IMG/VR virus record: IMGVR_UViG_3300032030_000057
Location: 1 to 64,000 of that record
Direction: 5' to 3' (one strand)
DNA: 64,000 bases
DNA from: a virus
Lineage: Duplodnaviria; Caudoviricetes
The position numbers and the translations under genes were made by a program. How positions within the stretch are numbered: the first letter of the stretch is position 1; the number at the start of each line of letters is the position of its first letter. This document shows, piece by piece, positions 1 through 10,276 of this stretch. The notes beneath the pieces were generated by a model. The model was not told where the DNA came from. It worked only from the letters and a program-made list of their open reading frames with translations, and made no database searches.

Positions 1-1
1 G

Positions 2-244
2 AGCAACACTTACGAAGCCGCAGCCAACGCATACACCAGTGAGCATTCTTGGCAGCTTGACTTCGGACGTGGACATCAGGCTCTGTACATCTACAAGGGT
101 CTGACTATCGGAACCATCAAGAAGGATGCCGATGGTGCTCTGAACTACAGCGTTACCATCACCGCTCTTGTATACACCACTGGCGAAGGCACTCAGGCTT
201 CTCCGTACGTTGACCACATGTACAAGATTGTTGGACGCTCTTAA
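2..244 (+). CDS. Tail tube/major tail protein, paralog 1 (3' end; start lies outside the window)
   Basis: Open frame SNTYEAAANAYTSEHSWQLDFGRGHQALYIYKGLTIGTIKKDADGALNYSVTITALVY...DHMYKIVGRS*, collinear with the next ORF; lies upstream of the chaperone and tape measure. Confidence 0.7.
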   Translation, partial: SNTYEAAANAYTSEHSWQLDFGRGHQALYIYKGLTIGTIKKDADGALNYSVTITALVYTTGEGTQASPYVDHMYKIVGRS

Positions 245-262
245 TAGAGAAGGAGGCTGACT

Positions 263-802
263 ATGGGTAAGACAACCGTAAAAGCTATTGCCCTTGGCTA
301 TCGCGCAGTCGCTGGAACAGGTGACTATACGCCACTGATGGGTGTCCTCAAAGGACTGGCCATCGGCCAAGACGAGCCAGACTCCACAGAAATCGAGGCG
401 GAGTTCTATGACTCTCCGTTCGACATCTTCTATGACGGCAATCCCGTCACGATGACGTTCGAACTGGCCAATTATGACCTCGATGAACTTCCTGACCTGT
501 TCGGCGGTGAGATTGACACCAACGACGACTACGAGGGCGAGGTCAAGGCTCACACAAGCGAGTGGGAGTGGAAACTCGATTTCGGACGCGGACATGCATC
601 TCTCATCATCGCACGCGGCCTTACCATCGGTACGTTAAAGAAGGACGCAGACGGTGCATTGAACTTCAGTGTAACCATCACGTCACTCATCTACAGCGAT
701 GGTACTAACGACCACATGTACAAGATTGTCGGTGCTGCTCCTACTCAGCAGGCAGCTCCTGCCTCTGGAGATGAAGGCGGTACTGGAACAGGTGAAGGCT
801 AG
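263..802 (+). CDS. Tail tube/major tail protein, paralog 2
   Basis: 179 aa, beta-rich; shares DFGRGH..GLTIGT.KKDADGALN.SVTIT..DHMYKIVG with the upstream gene; canonical position before chaperone and TMP. Confidence 0.7.
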   Translation: MGKTTVKAIALGYRAVAGTGDYTPLMGVLKGLAIGQDEPDSTEIEAEFYDSPFDIFYDGNPVTMTFELANYDLDELPDLFGGEIDTNDDYEGEVKAHTSEWEWKLDFGRGHASLIIARGLTIGTLKKDADGALNFSVTITSLIYSDGTNDHMYKIVGAAPTQQAAPASGDEGGTGTGEG

Positions 803-839
803 TCCTTATGATAGGTAAAACATTGTTTTCGTGAACGTG

Positions 840-885
840 GGGGAGCGTTTAGGGCAAAACAAATCCCTACTCGCTCCCTTTTAGT
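840..885 (+). terminator. Hairpin followed by T-run after the tail tube genes
   Basis: GGGAGCG...TAGGG..CCCTA...CGCTCCC followed by TTTT. Confidence 0.6.
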
Positions 886-932
886 TTTCACGAAACATCT
901 TACAAAAAAAAACCACGTAACACGAAACAAAA

Positions 933-1544
933 ATGAATAAGCAAAAAGTAGCCAAACAAGAGAATCAAGAAATGTCAGACTTTCCTATAGACATCAAGAG
1001 GGATATTGTCGATATCATTAACGACACTCCTTCGCTTGTAAGACTCGGCGAAAAGGAATACATGGTCAAGAATATGCGCTATTATTCCCTGTACCGCATC
1101 TGCAGGCTCGTCATTGATATGAGGGAAGGAGACAAGGATTTGAACGAAGACAGCAAGCTTTTGATGGCCCTGTGCACGGATTTGGACGCCATGTGTGAGA
1201 TTATGGCAGTCGTACTGTGCAACCACCTGTTCACTCCTGACGATATCCACGGATTCGAAGACGTCGACTCTGTCATGTCAAGGAACGACAAGCTGGTACA
1301 GGTGATGAAGGCAAAGGTTATGAACAGCACGTTCGACACAAACCAGTGGGCGGCTATCATCCTCGGAGCAATAAAGTCAATTGACTTGAGCGGTTTTTTT
1401 TTACTCAGAAAATCGGTGAGTACGCTTACGGATTCACTTCTGATGCGGAAGAAGAAATCGGAGGAGACAGCATCACTGTTTATGGAAGCACAGTCATTGC
1501 GGACGCCTCAGACTTCCTCAGAGCCTTCACCCAGTACAGACTAG
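933..1544 (+). CDS. Tail assembly chaperone (gpG-like, frame-0 product)
   Basis: Position between tail tube and TMP; contains the slippery site GGT TTT TTT TTA. Confidence 0.75.
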   Translation: MNKQKVAKQENQEMSDFPIDIKRDIVDIINDTPSLVRLGEKEYMVKNMRYYSLYRICRLVIDMREGDKDLNEDSKLLMALCTDLDAMCEIMAVVLCNHLFTPDDIHGFEDVDSVMSRNDKLVQVMKAKVMNSTFDTNQWAAIILGAIKSIDLSGFFLLRKSVSTLTDSLLMRKKKSEETASLFMEAQSLRTPQTSSEPSPSTD

Positions 1545-1789
1545 ATGACTACCTGTACCGACTGAGTATCGCACAGATTCAGTTCATGGCTGTCGATAAC
1601 ACGCACACCAAGTACCTCAAGGGAGCCGACAAGAAGGCTTGGGAGACATACAAGGATGCATACAAGGCCGCAAAAACACTTGATAATTTCTTGGGAGGCT
1701 TCAAAGCACCAGTGGACCTCAAGGAAGGTGAGGAATATGAAATTCCCGTCCGAAAGAATCCACAAAATAACAAGAAGAATAACAAATAA
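933..1789 (+). CDS. Tail assembly chaperone frameshift product (gpGT-like, ~285 aa) via -1 shift at 1394-1402
   Basis: The -1 frame is open from the T9 run (FFFTQKIGEYAYGFTSDAEEEIGGDSITVYGSTVIADASDFLRAFTQYRLDDYLYRLSIAQIQF) into the tracked ORF 1586..1789. Confidence 0.75.
1392..1403 (+). other. Programmed -1 ribosomal frameshift slippery site
   Basis: GGTTTTTTTTTA (T TTT TTT type heptamer) in the chaperone gene. Confidence 0.75.
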
Positions 1790-1803
1790 AACAATATACA
1801 GCT

Positions 1804-4800
1804 ATGCCAGACCCCACAGTAGTAGTAGCCCGTCTTGACAATAAAGAGTTGAAGGAATCAATCAACCAAATGGTTATTGACTTCGAAAACGGGCTGAATC
1901 GGATGAAGCAATCGGCAGATACAGCCGTTGCAGACCTTCAGAAGACGTTGAAGAAACTTAGCGATACAAAGGTAGACTCCAGCGGTTCAGCCGACGGAGG
2001 AAGCTCTAGACGCAAGAAATCCAACGACGAGGAAACGCAGTCAATCAAGAGCAAGACTGCTGCTGCCAAGGAGTTTACAGCTACACTTGACCAGCAGGCT
2101 CAGGCCGTGCAGAAGGCTATGGGTGGCTCAAGAAATGCTGACATTATTCAAACAATGCAGACACAACTTGAGTTAATGTTATCTCGCTTACGAGAGGCTC
2201 GTAGCCAATATTCTTCTTTTATAGAACTTGCTGCTCATGCAACCACTACTGGTGACAAGGGTCTCTTTCAGTTTGCCACAGAAAACGTTCATCGATACGA
2301 ACAAGAAGTCCGTAATCTTATTCCACAAATAAGGGGGTTGAGAAACGGTATTACCCAAATGGGTGATGTTCTTGCTCCTCAGGGACATGCTTTTGAAAAC
2401 TATGTAAAAAGCCTTATGCAAGCAAACCCAGAACTTGCCCTTATGAACAAGTTGTTTAAGACTGGGAATTGGGTATGGAGTGAGAGAAATGCTGTTTTAA
2501 CCCAAGCTACAGCTAATACGCAAAAGAATACGGCAGAAATAGAGAAACAAACTGCTGCTGAACAAAAGTATTCTGAGGCTGTACAAAATGCAGCACAAGC
2601 ACTTAGGTCTCAGTTTAATACTGGAAAAGCATCTTATATTGATGTAGGCGGAAAGGCAATATATGCTGACGAAAGCAAAGCTTCTATAGAGTACCAAATT
2701 AACCAACTTGTAAAAGAACGAGGGAAAGATTTTAACCTTCAACATGCAGTAGCACAAGCTATAGAACAGGATGAAAATCGCATAAGCGAAAATCTTCGTA
2801 AGCAAGTTGATGCTGAAAAACAAATAAATGAAGAAAAAACCAAAAGAGTAAAAACTTTTACTGTTGAGCTAGAATCTCTGAATACACTTAACGAAAAAGC
2901 AAAAAAGTTAAGGAGTATGCTTGCTGATATGACAAACACACAGTTGAGAGACCCAAAAAACGGTGGAGCACTTTCAAGAAGATTGAGAGAGATTGAAGCA
3001 CAAATAAAAAAAGTAAAACAAGAAATAGACCGCCCAACAAAAGAAGAAGTTTTTGGAATTAAACCAAAGACGCTTGACGACATGGCAAACAAGCTTCGAA
3101 TGCTTCAGTCATATAAGATGGGCATAAACCTAAACGCACCGCAAGCAGCAAACGAAATAAAACAGGTAGACGATGCTATCAACCGTCTAAAGAAGGACAT
3201 GGATAAATACATGTCAACAGGACGTGAGGTAAATTCTATGAACAATGCTCTTGCTCGTTCATTCAACTACATGAAGAATCGTCTGGCATTCTACTTTACT
3301 GTCGGTGCTTCTACACAGTTTGTAAAGAACCTGATTGATATCAGGTCTCAGTACGAGATGAACGAGCGTGCGCTTGGTATTCTTATCAATAGCGCAGAAA
3401 GAGGCTCTCAGATTTTCAAAGAGTTATCTAACATGGCTCTTGTGTCTCCATATACGCTTATCGAGCTGTCTACAGCAGCTAAACAACTTGTTGCTTACGA
3501 TATTGCTGCAAGGGATGTGGTTGACACAACACGTCGTTTGGCTGACATGACTGCTGCTGTTGGTATTCCTATTGAGCGTCTTACATACGCTCTGGGACAA
3601 ATAAAAGCATACGGGTATCTTAACGCACGCGATGCACGTATGTTCTCAAACGCAGGTATTCCTTTGGTCAAGGAGCTTGCAGACTATTATTCTCAGCTTG
3701 AAGGAAGAATGGTAAGTGTGGCAGATGTTTACGACAGGATTAAGAAAAAAGCTATTGACTATAATTCTGTCATGAATGTCATATCAAAAATGACCGACGA
3801 GGGCGGTAGGTTTTTTGACTTCCAAGCAAAGATGGCAGACACGTTAAAAGTAAAACTTGCCAATCTTACTCTTGCATGGAACAACATGCTTAACGATATA
3901 GGAAAAAGCGAACAGGGATTGTTAACTTGGACTATAGGAGCATTAAAAGAGGTTTTTCTTCAGTGGAAAAACATTAATAGAGTTGTTGAAGATTTGATAA
4001 TAATTTTTGGAGTTTTAAAATCTGTTCAGCTTGTTTACTACGGTGTTATGCTAGGAACCAGCAAAGCTATAACCGCACAAGCTGTACTTGGTAAAAAATT
4101 AACGTCAATTCTTAAAACACTTGGTGGTACAATGAACCAAGTTCTTACATCTGGAGCAACTTGGTGGGGTCTTCTTGGTGCTGCTGCAATTGGTGCTGCA
4201 ATATCAATTGTGCGCGGAAATGAAGCAATGAAAGAATTTAATAAATCTATAAGAGAAGACGCAAAAAACACATACAATGATGTTACAAAATTCTTAGAAC
4301 AATATAAAGAGCTAAAAAACAGCTTATATGATGTAGAAAAAAAGACAAGGTTTGTTCCTTATTCAGATGGATATGAAAAAGAAGAATCTTACGATGTTCT
4401 TGTTGGAAAAGACATAAAAAAAGAAGATGCTTTAAAAGCTTGGGCTGCTATACGTGAACAAATCGAACTTTCATCTCAAGCTAGCTCAGATTTTATAGGG
4501 AAACTCTTGTCAATAGAAAATACAAGCGAGCGTGTTCGTCAAGGATTTAAGGTTCTAGAAGATATACAAACTGTAACAGCAGCATTAAATGAGCTTGGTG
4601 ATGACGGAATTAAGGTGTCTCGCGAATGGTCAGAATGGTGGAATTTATGGACGTTACCTGACGGTGTTATAGGCAACCTGAAGGATGCTCATTTGTGGAT
4701 TTCAAAGATAACGGACGAGTTTGGTTCTTTGGAAAATGCAAGGAAAGTTGCCGCAACATCAACAACAGAAGAAGGCCTTCCCAATTTGTTCCAAAAAAGA

Positions 4801-7800
4801 GCAGATGATTATATAAAGAATTATGAAAACGAACTTGAGAAATTCAGGAAAGACCTTTCTGAAACCACACAATCTGTCATTAATTTTATAGAATTAAAAG
4901 GTTGGAATGGCGACACTAACAAGATAGAGGAAGCTTTCAGTAGAGTTTTTAAAAATCTTGCTGCATCCAATAATTTGTCTCCAAAGGAGTTAATGACAAT
5001 GAGACTGGAGTCTGCACAAGCTGAGTATGATGCTCTTGAAAAAGCATTGGAAAGCCATATTGTTGACGAAAACGCAGCACTTGAAAAAGCCAGAGACGAT
5101 AACGAAAAGGCTGATATTGAGAGTAGGCTTAAGGTTTATCAGGACGACTTGTCGTTTCTGAAGGACAATACGGCCCAAAGTAGGATATACTGGGAAGATT
5201 TTACAAAATGGATGGGTCAACAGCATAAGTCTGAGGTTCAGACAATGTTTAGAAACCAAACTTCTGAACAGATAAAAATGCTTGACTTCTCAAAAGGAGA
5301 GTATAACAAATGGGTTGTTGAGTTAGCACAAAAATACGCTAAAGAACACGGTATGGCGTACGCAGATGTTTATGAACAACTCAAAAACTATATTACAAAC
5401 GCAAACCAATGGTCTATTCGTATTCCTCTTATTATAAGCACTGAGGATAGTAAAACAGCATTACAGACCTTAAAAGATGCAGACACAGCCTATGACACCG
5501 CAGAGGCAGCTATCAATCGTTTGAAGAAACGTCAAAAAGAACTTGTCGATTCTGGTGCAAACAAACTGAAGGAAACAAAAGACCAGACTGACGCTGATAG
5601 AGAGCTTATAATGGTTGAAGATGAACTTGCCGAACATGAAAAGGCACTAGCTGACGCAAAGGCAAAGGGTGGTCACGGCAAGAAGGAGGATGCAAATGCA
5701 CGTAAGGCTCAGAAGCAGACAGAGAGTGACCTTCAGCGAGTCCTGAAAGAAGAAATCCAACTCATCGACAAGGCCCGCTCTTCATACAAGACTCTTACCA
5801 AGGAAGGAGTTGACTCTCAGACCGCGATTGCACAGGCTACAAGTGGATTTGACAAGACTCTGAAAGACATCAACAGTGTCCTGATAAAGAACGGCCTGAA
5901 AGTATTCGACATCACAAAGTATGCTGGTGTCGAGAATCCGCGTGAGATACTTAACCTGCTTGAGGCACAGCTGAACCAACTGATGACTGCTGGTAATGCA
6001 AAACCTGCAGAGATAGAAGCTCTGGAGATTAAGATTCGCGACCTCAAGATTGATGCAGCAACATTCGACCAGAAGAAGTTTGTATCTAGCCTCAACAATG
6101 AGCTTAGCAAGATTAAGGAAGAGTACGAGCTTGCTATAGACTTGGATGCTAACCCAGAGTTAGGAAACGTATTCGCAGACCTTATGGGTATTAGTGAGGA
6201 GCAACTTCAGGACTTGCCACGTAACTTCGACAGCGTCCTCAAGAAGATGCAGGCTAAGATTGATACCATTCTCGGCAGCGAGAAGAAGTTCGACCTTGCA
6301 GCCAACCTCAACAAGAAGGTGTTCGAACAATGGATTGACGCTAACGGTATGTTGCTTGACAGCGACAAAGCAAAGGCCCTTAAGGCCTACGTCGATGCTG
6401 CCAATAAGATTCGTCAGGACGAGACCAAGAAGCAGATTGATGAGTGGAATAAGCTCCTAGAGAAGTACGCGGAGTACGAGTACAAGCGTAAGACTATTAT
6501 GGAGACCGCTGAGCGTGAGCGCAAGATTGCTATTCAGAAGGGAGCCAGTCAGGAGATTATCACTGCTATCAACAACAGGGAGAGGCAGGATTTGGCAAAG
6601 CTGGATTTCGAGGAATTCCAGAAGACTCCAGAGTGGATTGTTGCCACTGGCGACCTTGCTAATATGTCCAAGAGTGCAATTGGTCTCTTGATAAGACAAA
6701 TCGAGGAATACAAGCGTACTGCAAGAGACCTGTCTCCCAAGCAGATTAAGCAGCTCAATAATGCGCTGTCGAAGTTGTATAAAGAACAGAGAAAGAACAA
6801 TCCGTTCAAGGCCATCTCGAACATGCTTCAGGAGGCTAGAGATAGAATGGCAACCTTTGATGAGGATATTAAGAAGGTTCAGAAAGAGATTGACGACCTT
6901 ACAAAGAAAAAGAAAGCAAACATAGTGTATGGCGTTGCTGACGAAGATGTTGACAACGCTTTAAAGAAAGCCATCAAACGTTTCAATGAGTTAAAGAAGG
7001 CTCAAAAAGAAGCTGGAAAGGTTGATGCTTCTGGATGGGTGGCTGCTATTAACGAAACAACCGCAGCAGTTAAAAGTGCGGTTATGGTTTTTGACGACCT
7101 AATAAATGCCATATCTGGAGTAAGCGAGTCTGATATTGGAAAGGCTTTTAGTGTAATAGAAAAAGCTGGTTCTACTGCCGCAATTGGAGCACAGATAGGA
7201 GGTGTTTGGGGTGCTGTTGCAGGAGGTCTTATTGGGGCTGTTTCTGGTTTTATATCTACATTTGGAGACGAATTAAGTGGAAATGCTTCAATAACAAAAT
7301 CTGTCAAGGAATCGGAGAATGCGGTTAAACGTCTAGAGATTGCTTATGTAGACCTACAACGTGCAATAGATAAGGCGTACGGCTCTGAGGTTGTTGGTGC
7401 AAAACAAGCCATGGCAGCAGCAAAGGAAAAAGAATTGGAAGAACTAGAAAAGCAGCTCGAATTAGAACGTTCTAGAGAGTCCAAGAATCGTGATGAGGAT
7501 AAGATTTTAGAGTTAAAGAAAAGTATAAAGGAACTGCGCTATGAGATAAAAGACACTATTGAGGATATTACAAATGACCTCATGGGTACTGACGCTTATA
7601 GTTTTGCAGAAAGACTTGTGTCATCCATGATTGACGCTTTCAAGAAGGGTGAGGACTATATGAAAGTCTTTGAGGAAAGTTTTGATAGTATGGTTGACAA
7701 TATGATTATGAAAGCTATTGTCTCTAGGGTCGTTGGTCTTTATTTGGATAAAATATGGGAATCTGTTGAGGACAATATACAGGCACGAAGTAAAAAAGAA

Positions 7801-8421
7801 TCAGACGAATACGGAAGGCTTAAAAGTCGTCTGGAAGAATTGGAATCAATGGATTATTACGAATACGCGCAATCGTACGGAACATATAACACACCCAAAT
7901 CCAGTAGTTCTATTGCTGCGTGGGAGAAAAAAAGACAAGAGGAAATTGAAAGGACAAAAAAAGAACTTGATGCCGCTAAAGCAAATTACGATGCGGTAAG
8001 CCAACTTAATAATGAAGATATATCGAGTCTTATACAGCAGTTGGCGGAACTGAAGCCAGAGTTGGCAGAGCGACTCAAAGAGCTGTTAGGACAATGGTAT
8101 ACATTTGGTTCTGACAACGACAGTGCGCTCTCTGCTCTCCAGCAGGGCATACAAGGTATCACTGAGGATACTGCTGGTGCTCTTGAGGCCTACATGAACG
8201 GTGTCAGTCAGCAGGTATACCTCCACTCTGAATACCTCAGGCAGATTGTCGAGTTCCTGTCAACGTCTAACGGTGAGCTCGAAGATGTCAAGGTGGCCAC
8301 TCTTTCACAGATGCTGCTGCAGCTGCAGAACTGCTACCAGATTATGCAGTCAATGCACAACATGATGGACAACTGGCAGGTTGCTTCAGGAAATGGTATA
8401 CGTGTCGAATTAATTTCTTAA
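1804..8421 (+). CDS. Tape measure protein
   Basis: 2205 aa, helical; tape-measure core motif (SQIFKELSNMALVSPYTL..LADMTAAVG...LGQIKAYG...GIPLVKEL). Confidence 0.95.
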   Translation: MPDPTVVVARLDNKELKESINQMVIDFENGLNRMKQSADTAVADLQKTLKKLSDTKVDSSGSADGGSSRRKKSNDEETQSIKSKTAAAKEFTATLDQQAQAVQKAMGGSRNADIIQTMQTQLELMLSRLREARSQYSSFIELAAHATTTGDKGLFQFATENVHRYEQEVRNLIPQIRGLRNGITQMGDVLAPQGHAFENYVKSLMQANPELALMNKLFKTGNWVWSERNAVLTQATANTQKNTAEIEKQTAAEQKYSEAVQNAAQALRSQFNTGKASYIDVGGKAIYADESKASIEYQINQLVKERGKDFNLQHAVAQAIEQDENRISENLRKQVDAEKQINEEKTKRVKTFTVELESLNTLNEKAKKLRSMLADMTNTQLRDPKNGGALSRRLREIEAQIKKVKQEIDRPTKEEVFGIKPKTLDDMANKLRMLQSYKMGINLNAPQAANEIKQVDDAINRLKKDMDKYMSTGREVNSMNNALARSFNYMKNRLAFYFTVGASTQFVKNLIDIRSQYEMNERALGILINSAERGSQIFKELSNMALVSPYTLIELSTAAKQLVAYDIAARDVVDTTRRLADMTAAVGIPIERLTYALGQIKAYGYLNARDARMFSNAGIPLVKELADYYSQLEGRMVSVADVYDRIKKKAIDYNSVMNVISKMTDEGGRFFDFQAKMADTLKVKLANLTLAWNNMLNDIGKSEQGLLTWTIGALKEVFLQWKNINRVVEDLIIIFGVLKSVQLVYYGVMLGTSKAITAQAVLGKKLTSILKTLGGTMNQVLTSGATWWGLLGAAAIGAAISIVRGNEAMKEFNKSIREDAKNTYNDVTKFLEQYKELKNSLYDVEKKTRFVPYSDGYEKEESYDVLVGKDIKKEDALKAWAAIREQIELSSQASSDFIGKLLSIENTSERVRQGFKVLEDIQTVTAALNELGDDGIKVSREWSEWWNLWTLPDGVIGNLKDAHLWISKITDEFGSLENARKVAATSTTEEGLPNLFQKRADDYIKNYENELEKFRKDLSETTQSVINFIELKGWNGDTNKIEEAFSRVFKNLAASNNLSPKELMTMRLESAQAEYDALEKALESHIVDENAALEKARDDNEKADIESRLKVYQDDLSFLKDNTAQSRIYWEDFTKWMGQQHKSEVQTMFRNQTSEQIKMLDFSKGEYNKWVVELAQKYAKEHGMAYADVYEQLKNYITNANQWSIRIPLIISTEDSKTALQTLKDADTAYDTAEAAINRLKKRQKELVDSGANKLKETKDQTDADRELIMVEDELAEHEKALADAKAKGGHGKKEDANARKAQKQTESDLQRVLKEEIQLIDKARSSYKTLTKEGVDSQTAIAQATSGFDKTLKDINSVLIKNGLKVFDITKYAGVENPREILNLLEAQLNQLMTAGNAKPAEIEALEIKIRDLKIDAATFDQKKFVSSLNNELSKIKEEYELAIDLDANPELGNVFADLMGISEEQLQDLPRNFDSVLKKMQAKIDTILGSEKKFDLAANLNKKVFEQWIDANGMLLDSDKAKALKAYVDAANKIRQDETKKQIDEWNKLLEKYAEYEYKRKTIMETAERERKIAIQKGASQEIITAINNRERQDLAKLDFEEFQKTPEWIVATGDLANMSKSAIGLLIRQIEEYKRTARDLSPKQIKQLNNALSKLYKEQRKNNPFKAISNMLQEARDRMATFDEDIKKVQKEIDDLTKKKKANIVYGVADEDVDNALKKAIKRFNELKKAQKEAGKVDASGWVAAINETTAAVKSAVMVFDDLINAISGVSESDIGKAFSVIEKAGSTAAIGAQIGGVWGAVAGGLIGAVSGFISTFGDELSGNASITKSVKESENAVKRLEIAYVDLQRAIDKAYGSEVVGAKQAMAAAKEKELEELEKQLELERSRESKNRDEDKILELKKSIKELRYEIKDTIEDITNDLMGTDAYSFAERLVSSMIDAFKKGEDYMKVFEESFDSMVDNMIMKAIVSRVVGLYLDKIWESVEDNIQARSKKESDEYGRLKSRLEELESMDYYEYAQSYGTYNTPKSSSSIAAWEKKRQEEIERTKKELDAAKANYDAVSQLNNEDISSLIQQLAELKPELAERLKELLGQWYTFGSDNDSALSALQQGIQGITEDTAGALEAYMNGVSQQVYLHSEYLRQIVEFLSTSNGELEDVKVATLSQMLLQLQNCYQIMQSMHNMMDNWQVASGNGIRVELIS

Positions 8422-8437
8422 TTAAACTAAAATAATT

Positions 8438-8467
8438 TTTGCATGTTTAAATTTATATGTATATTTG
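8438..8467 (+). promoter_or_regulatory. Bacteroidetes sigmaA promoter of the HNH gene
   Basis: TTTG (8438-41) and TATATTTG (8460-67). Confidence 0.7.
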
Positions 8468-8535
8468 CACTATGGATAGGCTGGTTTGGCCACCAGTCGA
8501 CAAGGGGCAAGTCTGTCGCCCCTTCCATATTTTCA

Positions 8536-9198
8536 ATGACAGACATGATTAAAGTACAGACAAAAATGGAGAAAAAAAACAAAGGACGTGGTAAAGATGT
8601 ACCACATTTTAAGAAAAGAAGAATTGTGTGTGGAGTTGGTATAAATGATTCAACATCTTCAACTCGCACAAGTGGCGACAGAGAACCTGCTTATGCGTTA
8701 TGGAAATCAATTTTAGTAAGATGCTATAGATATAACTCAATAAGGCGGCAAACATATTCAGGTTGCTCTGTTTGTGAAGAATGGCTGTCGTATAGTGGTT
8801 TTAAAAGATGGTTTGATGAAAATTTTGTCAATGGATACCATATCGACAAGGATATTCTTATTAGGGGAAACAAAGTTTATTCCCCAGAAACATGCTGTTT
8901 TGTACCACCAGAAATTAACACGCTGCTTGTAAAGTGTAATTCTAAAAGAGGAAACCTTCCTATAGGAGTATCTGCGGCCTCTAAAAACACTCATCATCCG
9001 TATAGAGCCGTTGTCAGAAAAAACGGAAAATATATAATGTTGGGGTATTTTTCAACTCCAGAAGAAGCATTCATGGCATATAAAGATGCGAAGGAACTCC
9101 ACATAAAAGAAATGGCTAAAAAATACTTTAACAGAGGGTTGATAACAGAAAAAGTTTACAATGCGTTAATGAGATGGGAAGTTAAAATAACTGATTAG
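8536..9198 (+). CDS. HNH-type homing endonuclease with C-terminal AP2-like domain (start uncertain: 8536/8545/8566)
   Basis: GVGIND..W..IL.RCY..CEEW..F..WF...HIDKDIL.GNKVYSPETCCFVP.EIN..LPIGV..LGYF.TPEEAF.AY family pattern; the tracked 8443 start lies inside the promoter. Confidence 0.85.
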   Translation: MTDMIKVQTKMEKKNKGRGKDVPHFKKRRIVCGVGINDSTSSTRTSGDREPAYALWKSILVRCYRYNSIRRQTYSGCSVCEEWLSYSGFKRWFDENFVNGYHIDKDILIRGNKVYSPETCCFVPPEINTLLVKCNSKRGNLPIGVSAASKNTHHPYRAVVRKNGKYIMLGYFSTPEEAFMAYKDAKELHIKEMAKKYFNRGLITEKVYNALMRWEVKITD

Positions 9199-9200
9199 TT

Positions 9201-9794
9201 ATGGATGAATTATTAAAATATCAGAAAAATGCCTTACTCGGCAATATAGGTGGGCAGCCTATATGTCAAGACTATCTTATGGCATGGAGAAAATGTGGTA
9301 ATGATAAAGAATTACTTGTTAGGCTTGCTATGAAACAACAAAGCGTTCCACATTTTTCCACAGCGTGTTATCAAAAACTTGGTCTTACAAGAGAGTATAT
9401 TCTTGAAGAGTTCGGAGATTATATCAACGGCCACGTATTGAACGACTGCGATAACGTAGACGGTTACACATACGAGCTGTGGGTCAAGGATAACGATGTC
9501 GTAGACCTTAAGAGCGACGTCATGTCTTTTATGTACTGCAAGGATTTGGATGTCTTCGCCAAAGATACGAAATGCAACACCATATACATCAGTAATAGGT
9601 CAAACGTAAGCGTTAGTCTGGATGGATTCAATCATTTGGTGGTCTATCTATTCGATGAGAGCTCAGTACACATATATGACGCCGACGAGACCTGTTCTGT
9701 CACGGTTTTCAAATACAGCGACGAGGCCAGCGTGACAACAGGAGACTACTGTTTTGCAAAAGTAAAAACATTTAACAAAGAATTAAAGCTATGA
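9201..9794 (+). CDS. Hypothetical protein (post-TMP)
   Basis: 197-aa ORF coupled to its neighbours. Confidence 0.6.
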   Translation: MDELLKYQKNALLGNIGGQPICQDYLMAWRKCGNDKELLVRLAMKQQSVPHFSTACYQKLGLTREYILEEFGDYINGHVLNDCDNVDGYTYELWVKDNDVVDLKSDVMSFMYCKDLDVFAKDTKCNTIYISNRSNVSVSLDGFNHLVVYLFDESSVHIYDADETCSVTVFKYSDEASVTTGDYCFAKVKTFNKELKL

Positions 9795-10276
9795 ACAACG
9801 ATTTAACTGGGAAATATTATCTCAAGAACACGGAAGCTGGAACATTTTCCGACGTTACAAGTCTTTTTAACGGACTGCGTATTCTAAAAGTGGACGGATT
9901 CCTCTCAAAGGGGAAGCCAGTGAACATCTATACGGCACAGTGGGTTAACTCCCAGAGCGAAGACTTTATGATTACCACACTTGACTCTCAAAACAACCCC
10001 GTTGTCATCAGGGAGAACTCCGACTTGGAGATAACATTCATTGTGCACTCAAGCTACGCATCTGGCTCAATTGATGTCATGACCGTGCATGATTCGTTCA
10101 TAAACTACATGACTAATAGCGACGTCTGGATTAAGTCTGCGTATGTAGGCAACAAGTACGCGCACTGTGTTTGCCTGAAAGAATACAAGCCAACGACGGC
10201 AAAGCTTCAGAGAGGCGGTTCTTCATGGGTCATGGGAACTATTACGATGCATTGCCTGAACGCACCACAGAGCTAA
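9791..10276 (+). CDS. Putative tail-tip/distal-tail-like protein
   Basis: Beta-rich 161 aa; last gene of the TMP operon; function inferred from position only. Confidence 0.4.
   Translation: MNNDLTGKYYLKNTEAGTFSDVTSLFNGLRILKVDGFLSKGKPVNIYTAQWVNSQSEDFMITTLDSQNNPVVIRENSDLEITFIVHSSYASGSIDVMTVHDSFINYMTNSDVWIKSAYVGNKYAHCVCLKEYKPTTAKLQRGGSSWVMGTITMHCLNAPQS

Noticed and set aside
8443-9198. Group I intron hosting the HNH, GIY-YIG or NUMOD endonucleases
   Set aside because: Flanking genes (TMP, 34114, 51512) are complete and uninterrupted; the endonucleases are free-standing, two with their own promoters
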